DNA from: Phoronis australis
Taxonomy: Eukaryota; Animalia; Phoronida
Assembly: GCA_002633005.1 (NCBI GenBank)
Contig: NMRA01000293.1
Coordinates: 489,860-546,619 of the forward strand
Length of the DNA stretch: 56,760 nt
Direction: 5' to 3'
Part shown: positions 49,408 to 56,760 of the stretch, piece by piece
How the letters are laid out: each line of letters begins with the position of its first letter
How positions within the stretch are numbered: position 1 is the first letter of the stretch
Program-made: the position numbers and the translations under genes
Notes under the pieces: model-generated
What the model was told of the DNA's origin: nothing
Seen by the model: only the letters and a program-made list of their open reading frames with translations
Databases searched by the model: none

Positions 49408-50816
49408 GGCCCAGTCTCCAATCTCCGTACTCAGACTCCTACTCATACTCGAGATTTCGTACTCAAAACCGTGCTCACTGGAGTCGTACTCAAAAAAGCG
49501 TATCTAATGTCGCATTTCGAGTAGACTCCAAACATACTCAAATCTGACACTCATACTCAAGTTGCTATGGAACTCTTTATTATGTGAAATGCAAAACCAC
49601 ACAAAGTCGCGCTGATTCATCGCTCCCTATTGGCATAGACCACCCCAGCACCTACATTATCGTCTGCTGTCACTACAACTAAAAGAGTATGACGTGGAAT
49701 TCTGAGTGTTCTGTAACTGTTATTCATTTTTTCAGTTTCAATACAATATTCTTATACCATTTCTTTGATACATTTGATAATTATTAAGCTTTACTTCTTG
49801 AGTTCCTCATGTCCCAACAATATCTTAAGAAATTTGTAACAGCTTAATTAAATCACATCAACGGACCCCTGTTCCATGTGTGTTCTCTCTTGCTACTTTA
49901 GTATTGACATAGAACCCATTGCTGTGTAGGCCTACGCTGATGTCAAAACTTTGATACTGTATCTTTGTATTTTACCCCGATGTATCAAGTTAGTTGACAT
50001 TTGGCATGTGAGTTAAAAAAACAACACATGTGCAGGCATTCAGAGTTCACCAGTGAACGGGACCTGCAGACTTAGAAATCAGAAAACAAAATCTGGAATA
50101 CCATTCGGGGATTGAGGAATTATAGATGACTAAACAATGATGTGAAATGTACCTGACAGGGAAGCAAACTGTTTCAACTTTCCTCGCCTCCTCGTCGTTT
50201 GGAAACCCTGAAAACCGTAGACACACCTACTGAAATAAGGGCAGCACAAACTTCTCACACAACTTTTCCCACAACTACTTTTGACACTTGTGATGACTCG
50301 TCGACAACGGATTAGAATGCACCTGTTGCCAGGAATCGTAGAGTAATGAGTTTATGAATTGGCGGCGATGACACGCAGTGATACGGCGGGTTAATAAGGT
50401 GAAGAATACGAAGATTTAAAATGAAAATTATTATCTCCGAACTGAAATTGAAGCGCTGAAATATATGGTAAGAAGACTTAGTTTTTTTAGACTTGCTGTG
50501 TCTGTCGGTGGCCTTTCGATATTTTGTTCTCTCGCTCGTATTTATTTTCGACGAGTAGGATTTCAAGCACACTGCCAGACCAAACTTGAAATTTGGAGCA
50601 TTATACTTGAAATTTTATGCAAAATCTTACTTAAAATATAGATGAGATACACTTCAGTTCGAGTATACTCGAAAACTGAGAACATGCTCGAAATTTGGAG
50701 AACAGATTTTTCGAGTATGACATTGAATACACAAAAGCTGAGTCTGTACTCGAGTTTAGAATGAAGTTTGAGTTTGAGCACGATTCGACTCTGAGTACGA
50801 GATTGGAGACCGGGCA
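49408..50816. mobile_element. Harbinger-type non-autonomous element, CAG TSD
   Basis: TIR GGCCCAGTCTCCAATCTCCGTACTCAGA / TCTGAGTACGAGATTGGAGACCGGGCA. Many subterminal TACTC/GAGTA repeats. CAG at 49405-49407 and 50817-50819. Confidence 0.78.
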
Positions 50817-50819
50817 CAG

Positions 50820-51260
50820 TCACACCTACCAGACTTCAACTAAACTACAGTCGCCTACTACCCTCTGAACTCGGACAGATCAACAGACACACTCAGTCAC
50901 TTATGCCACAGCTGCTCGAGCGTCATGACACTACATTCATTATAGTATATGCGTCTGGGGTCGAGTGGCTGTGAGAACTCGACGTGTCGTAAGGTAAACA
51001 GCAAACAAGTCAATAACATGTCGACATTGTCAATGACATCCCGTTATTCAACCCGTCTCGGGAAGATTACTGATTACTCGCATTCTTGTTAAGTGTGGGC
51101 ATCCAAATTATGAGAAATAATGGAAGCTGCACAGAGAAACAATAATGACATTTTATCCCGACACTTTACCTGCAGTTACCTGGTCGCCTGCTCCGGAAAC
51201 TGCACAACTGAATGATGCTGCCGCAGCAGTCAATTGGACGAGTTCAATTAAACGGGGACA
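50820..51260 (-). promoter_or_regulatory. Candidate SSX2IP promoter / non-coding first exon
   Basis: CpG-rich segment with two adjacent minus-strand donors (CAG|gtaact and CAG|gtaaag) at about 51163-51181. The ATG exon at 39281 has an acceptor, so an upstream exon is required. Confidence 0.4.
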
Positions 51261-54200
51261 CAAAGGATTTAAGTTTGTTAAAAAGTATAATAAGGTAATA
51301 TCATTGCGAATGGGCAGGCGTATTCTTAAAAATAAAACACTTCTTGATAGATTTCAGTATACAATAAATTGTATTTTACGACTTTATGACAGTTTTTTTA
51401 AATTGTAATCAGTGGGTAACGCCCTGAGAATTATTAGTTCACCCATAAATACTACAAAGCGACGTCTTTCGGGTTGCAGATAATGCGTATTGCGACTGTT
51501 ATGCGTGAACTTGGAATCGTGAGTGAACTTGGAATAAATTTCTACTCCGAGTTCACGCAAGTGATCTTGAGATTAAGCAAGCGTTTGCGACATCTAGTGT
51601 GCAACTGTTAAGTAAAATTTTGAATGGTCAGTCTCGTGGACACGAATTTGATAGCCATGAGTTATTGTTTGTGTTTAAATTATTTTTATTGCCCATTATG
51701 CATGTTATTCTGGTCTTGGCAATTGTTTCCATGAGGTGGCTTGACTGGGATATTTGGGTGAGTGACTGGCAACCTGGAACCTTTGCAATGAAAAGGATTA
51801 AGAGCTAGGTCGGAAACAATGAATAACTAGCGAGTACCTACCGCGGTACCGAGAGGGGTTTTGCATTGAAAAGTTTATCATGCCCCGTTGTACCTGTCAC
51901 CTCATCCCCCCGTGTATACGCCAGTGCTTAGAGCTCGCAATTTGCTAGTAATTGGTGGACGTGTTTTCATTTTATGTCTCACTATGACATCGTCAATCGT
52001 TAGCAGCAGGCCTCAAAAGCACGGGGATCTGGATCCTTTCTTAAGTCTGATTAAGAAGAATTTCAGATAACACTTGTTGAGTAAAGGTGTTATTTTTGGA
52101 AAATAAAGTGGAAATACTAATTTCGTTTTAAATGTGCAACTTAATGAATATTAATTTTTCATTGGTATTCTGTGTGATGTCATCAGGTCTAATGACAATC
52201 AGACACTCGCAATACAGAACACAACTCTCTGAGGAAAAAACACTTTCCTGGTAGAGGACAACCTTCAAAGACAATGACAACTGCATAAAAAAGCTGAAAA
52301 TCACCTATCTTGCATAACGAAAAAACAATATTAACACAACTTAGATATGTCATTACCTCTGTATGCTCCTCACTCACATGGGAACATTTTTATCAAATAT
52401 TACTGTATGCCACCATGTTTCAGTCCAGTTGTTAAATGTTATCAACTGTATTTAGAGATGTCGATAACCTGCAAAAGACGCATATGCATATGTTACCTCA
52501 CTCAGTCTAACACGGTTACTTTTCAAACAGCGAACTGCTGGGCAGTGGTTTGTAAGATATTGTGCCAAAGCAAGTGGTATGGACAGTATTATTTCACGGG
52601 GCACTTTTGTCTGCACATCATGAAGTCTTTACATAGGGCCTACATGTATTGTTATGTGGATCTGTACTGAGCAGAGAAAGGTAAAAATATCGTAGGGCAG
52701 AAAAATCTTATCATCTATATGAGAACATTCAAAACCTGTTAACAGTCAACTCATTCATTTATAGGTTGTAATTAGTTGTCTATAGCATAGGCGGGGACCC
52801 AGGGGGCCTGCCCCCAGCAAAATGAAGCAGAAGCAACGAGAAGCGCGAAGAAAAAGAACCAGGAGTTCAGTAACTATGACCGGTAGCGGATGGGGGGGGG
52901 CTCAGATCCCAGATTGTGACGGAATCGTATTCCCGTTTTTTTTTTAGTCCACCGATAGATTTTCTCACAAATTTCGGGCTCCCTGTGCACATAACTCGCG
53001 CTTTGCCCAATTCTCTGAGGCAACATGTTGGGCCGCTCCCTTATGGTATCCTAAATCCGCCACCACCCCGGCCAACCCGCGATCGAGAACGACCGGAAAG
53101 CGATCGAGAACGAAATTTGGGGCGAGAAGCGAAGCCAGGCAAGGTGAGTAAATTTGATGAATTTTCGTTGTTTTTTCTTCCAATGTGAAAACAGAGGCAT
53201 GACTTCAAGGCGTAACACATTTAGGACGGGCAGGTAGAGGTTTAGACTAGTGTCTCTCCCAATTGTAGGAAAAAAGTTACGTTTACCGAGGCATCGCTTA
53301 AGCCGAAGGTGATTTGTATGTCATTGGCAAATTGTCGTTATTTTTGGCTCTAAATCAATAAATTGACCATGGAGTTATGAAGAAATGACGTGTGAAAATA
53401 TAACGCAAAAAACGCTTGTTTTTTGTAGTTTTGTCAGGATCTCTGGTTTTTCGATGCTTTTCTTTTTAAAGATGCGATCGAGAACGCAACGATAAGCGAT
53501 CGGGAACGCAAATTTGTGTTTGTTTATGCGATCGGGAACGCATTGTGGTGTGTCGAACAGGAATGAACTTTTACTTATAAAACGTGAAAAAGGTTACAAA
53601 ATAAGTGTGGAGCAATGAATTATAGTTACTGTGTTACTTTCGTATCAAAACTGAACAACAACATAGCATATTTCCATTAAATGCCATGAACACTTAATGT
53701 ACATCAAGTATAATTTTAGTTTCACAAACGAATTTATTCTCATTTCAGGAAACAAGTTCACTGTTAATGTGAGGCGAGCTTCAATGAACACGTTACACAC
53801 GACGTGAAGGTACACTCGACCAGGGTTTTGAAAAGTACAGGCCAGACATGTACTTTTAGACCAAACCACTGAGAACAAGGGTTTCTAAACTGAAGACTCA
53901 CCCAGGAGTTGTTCCATGTGGCCTGTCAGCCAGGGGTAAACAAATTGTTGCAGCACCGAGGTGAAAGCGAGTGTAGAATCTTCTTGAAAAAATTATGACA
54001 GCAAAAGGAAAAAACAAATAGCCAATGAAGTCAAAGAATGATGATGAGCTTGCTCATGGGGAGCTGAGAGAGGGGAGTGCGGCAACACTTCACAAGATGA
54101 TCCAAAGATTCTCACTCTAACTCTTAAACGTGTGGGATCAAAAAATTAACCAGAAGTTGTGTAAACTGGTGTGCTGATAAAACAAGTTTAAGCGAGCCAC

Positions 54201-55657
54201 GCCCTTGCTTATACTTGGAATTGGGTAGAAAAAACTGAGAATGTGCTCAAAAGTGTTCCAAAATTAATAGAAAATGCATTTAAAATGTCTTGCAACCAGT
54301 TACCGAATGTTCGGTTTGCCATTTGATCTTTTGTAAAGCAGAAATTGAATTGTTCCAAGTTAAAGCAAGGGCGTATCTTGCTTAAACTTGGAATTTACGG
54401 GGTAGAATAAACTCGTCCAGAAGTCTTCCGAAATTAATAGAAAATGCATATAAAATGTATTGCAACCAGTTAGTGAGTGTTTAATTCACCTCTTGATCAA
54501 ACGTCAACCAGGCACTAATTTCAAACATCCAGCTTTATTTTTATATTGGAATAGGCAGCAACACAGAAATAATACGACTCAAATGGCCACCTTGAATGCC
54601 TCGTGCATTACTGAGAAACATGTAATCACAATACAGTCCTTAAATGATTCTTTATTCCAGTCCCTCGGTACTAAGCAGTATTCATCACCAGGCCACGGGA
54701 GCTTTATCTCGATTTTTTAGAAATCTTTTCTCTCCGTAGCCTACCGGTTCAGTAACGATTTCAGCCCAAGTGCCTTGTTCTGTGATTGTGTGCCAGGCAG
54801 CCGCTTTTAAAATTCCAAGTTCACGCAAGATTCCAAGTTAACGTTCGGGGTTTGGCAGTTTGCTTAATCACGCAAGTGATCTTGGAACTCCAAGTTCACG
54901 CAACACTCACCTCCGCTTATTCTTGAGATTAAGCAGGATCCAAGTTCACGTACAGCATGACATCTATCAGCAATACTGTAGTTTCACTCTGGAAACCAGT
55001 TGGCCAGTTAGATCGGTTGCAAAGAAAATAGCTTTATATATATGGCCTGTATATATATGTGTGTGTGTGAAACTATAGTACGGTCGACATCTAATACTAT
55101 TTGAAAGTCAAATAAAATGTTATCTATTCGTTATTTGCAACGTCGAGCAAATCTTACTCTCAATGGGAAGTAACGCACTGAGGCCCGCCGTTCCAAGAAA
55201 ACTGTGTTAGCTAGCGCAATTCTTAAATTTTAAGATAAAAATTCAATTTGTAAGAAATCCGTTCTAAGAAAGAAATCTTAAATGTGACTTAAGTTTCTGA
55301 TTTAAGTAATTAAAGGCGAAGGCAACCCTTTTTCATGTCTTCTTTAGCAAAAATAAGGTTCGTTGGTTATCCCAGACAAATTTTCCACTTAAAGGCGAAG
55401 GCAACCTTTTTCCATGTCATTTTGAGCTAAAATAGGGTTGGTTGGTTATCCTAGACATAATTTCCATTTAATTACAGGTTTTCGTAATTTTATTAATTAC
55501 TCGTCCGCTACTCCGGAAGTGACGTTTTAGGAGGCAAGCATTTCGCGCCAATTTCTTTTCATATGGTCTGACTGTAAGAGCTGCCGAGTCAGTCATTGTT
55601 CTACCTCGGTTGTGTTAAGTTCCATCGTCGTTTGCTTTCATTTACTAGTCAGTCAAC

Positions 55658-56458
55658 ATGCCACACTGTTGCTGCGTACCAGGATGTACTAATTATCGGT
55701 GCACGCGCGCTTTGGGAGTACCTTTGCATCGCTTTCCGATGGATGACACACTTCGCCGTACTTGGCTCGTTCGTGTGAAGAACGCAGCGTTACCCGTCCA
55801 CGCAACGTACAAACCAGTGGAGAATTACCGTGTGTGTGGCAAGCACTTTCTGCCGTCCGATTACGAAAGGGATTTGTACGCTGAACTGATGAAGGTCCCT
55901 GCGAAACAACGTCTGAAGAAGGGTGCCATTCCGTCTGTGTTGATTCCCGGCAGTGCCCCGTTACCACCCCCGAGAAGAGCGTTTTTGGAGCGAGAAGCCT
56001 CGCGAGCTGTGGCCAGTACAGTGACTGGAGCCAGTGGAGGCACTTCATCTACTGTCACCCGTGCCTCCGAACGTACCCCAGAGCGTGCAATTCCTGGAAC
56101 CAGTGGTGATTCGCCCTGTGCTGTTTTCTCCAGCCCAGAGCCTCTAAGCAACCCTGCAGCGATATTGAGTAGTGGGAGTGATTACAGGCTCAGTTCGACA
56201 CCCAGTGAAGAGGACAGTTCGTCGTCCAGTAAACAGATCGGTGAGTCAAACTTTGATAAGTTTATTGTGGACTTGTCTAAAGTGTTGGAGCTATTTAGAA
56301 GGTACCAGGTGTGTGACGAGGGAGTCACACGACACGATGTAAGCAGTTTGGGTGCTCAGGTCACCATCCAGTGGGAGTGTGTCGCGGGACACTGGCAAGT
56401 GGGACAGTTGTTCCTCTGTCCGTGGTATGCCGGAGGTCCACTTAACCTTGTCCAGTAG
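55658..56458 (+). pseudogene. THAP-domain transposase N-terminal part (frameshifted and truncated)
   Basis: THAP C2CH signature: CCVPGC...LHRFP...W...VCGKHF...LKKGAIPS. Downstream is KFIVDLSKVLELF..YQVC...WECVAGH. An apparent 2-bp loss at about 56390 shifts the continuation TGKWDSCSSVRGMPEVHL into another frame. No DDE core is present. Confidence 0.82.
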
Positions 56459-56749
56459 TGGCTTGGCCTCGTCGAACTCTGAACAGCACAAGCATTCCAT
56501 TGACGTAGGCATAACAACGCACACGGTGCATTTACACCAAGATGTGTCGCCACATCTGCCCTCAGTAACCACCTCGTTTCTCTCAATAGCTGCCTGTGCC
56601 TGTGCGTACTCTGCCTCGTTGTACTCGGGCTCTAACATGTACCCACCCACTGCATGTCCGTGAAAAAATTCCTCGTCACCACTGCTGTGAACAAGGTCTC
56701 CGTCACTCACACAACTGTCACTGTGATACGGGTCACCGACTCCAGCCAT
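56291..56749 (-). pseudogene. KolX / P2X7 cytoplasmic-tail (nanor-like) Cys-rich protein, C-terminally truncated
   Basis: Acidic N-terminus, GYMLEPEY, then RCGDTSWCKCTVCVVMPTSMECLCCSE. The motif pattern ends at about 56450; the remainder is antisense to the THAP ORF. Confidence 0.75.
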
Positions 56750-56760
56750 TTTCAGCTTAC

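Larger units (their letters stand above)
55314..56760 (+). mobile_element. KolobokP-like DNA transposon, internally deleted, running off the window edge
   Basis: A TTAA|AGGCGAAGGCAACC terminus occurs at 55310/55314 and again at 55389/55393. It is followed by a THAP ORF on + and a convergent Cys-rich P2X7-tail-like ORF on -. Confidence 0.8.

Noticed and set aside
55658-56458. Domesticated host THAP gene
   Set aside because: It is intronless, preceded by Kolobok-type termini, frameshifted and fused to a KolX fragment, which indicates transposon origin.
55689-56663. Additional overlapping ORFs in the THAP/KolX region
   Set aside because: These are shadow frames of GC-rich coding sequence, except the short frameshifted transposase continuation near 56390-56455.

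Overview
This is an AT-rich, repeat-rich eukaryotic (animal, probably invertebrate) genomic window with one N-gap (about 20499-21138) and single-N joins at 5433, 26137 and 45888. It holds two convergent multi-exon genes, both reconstructed by hand with consistent GT-AG phases. On the + strand is an HMGXB4-like gene (12 coding exons, 2281-15320, about 565 aa). On the - strand is an SSX2IP/ADIP-like gene (12 coding exons, 39269-19287, about 599-633 aa). An intact, intronless 327-aa ORF with a C-terminal PTB/PID-like domain lies antisense inside one 1.8-kb SSX2IP intron. An in-frame 51-bp triplication copies one SSX2IP splice acceptor three times. The right edge carries an internally deleted KolobokP-type transposon, in which a THAP-transposase N-terminus is joined to a convergent P2X7-ballast-like (KolX) ORF; it appears nested in the terminus of a related element. 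Many non-autonomous DNA transposons are present (Harbinger-type, Kolobok-type, hAT-like with a 5-bp TSD, Helentron-type), and one insertion is seen as both filled and empty alleles. All family assignments come from motif recall, not database searches.
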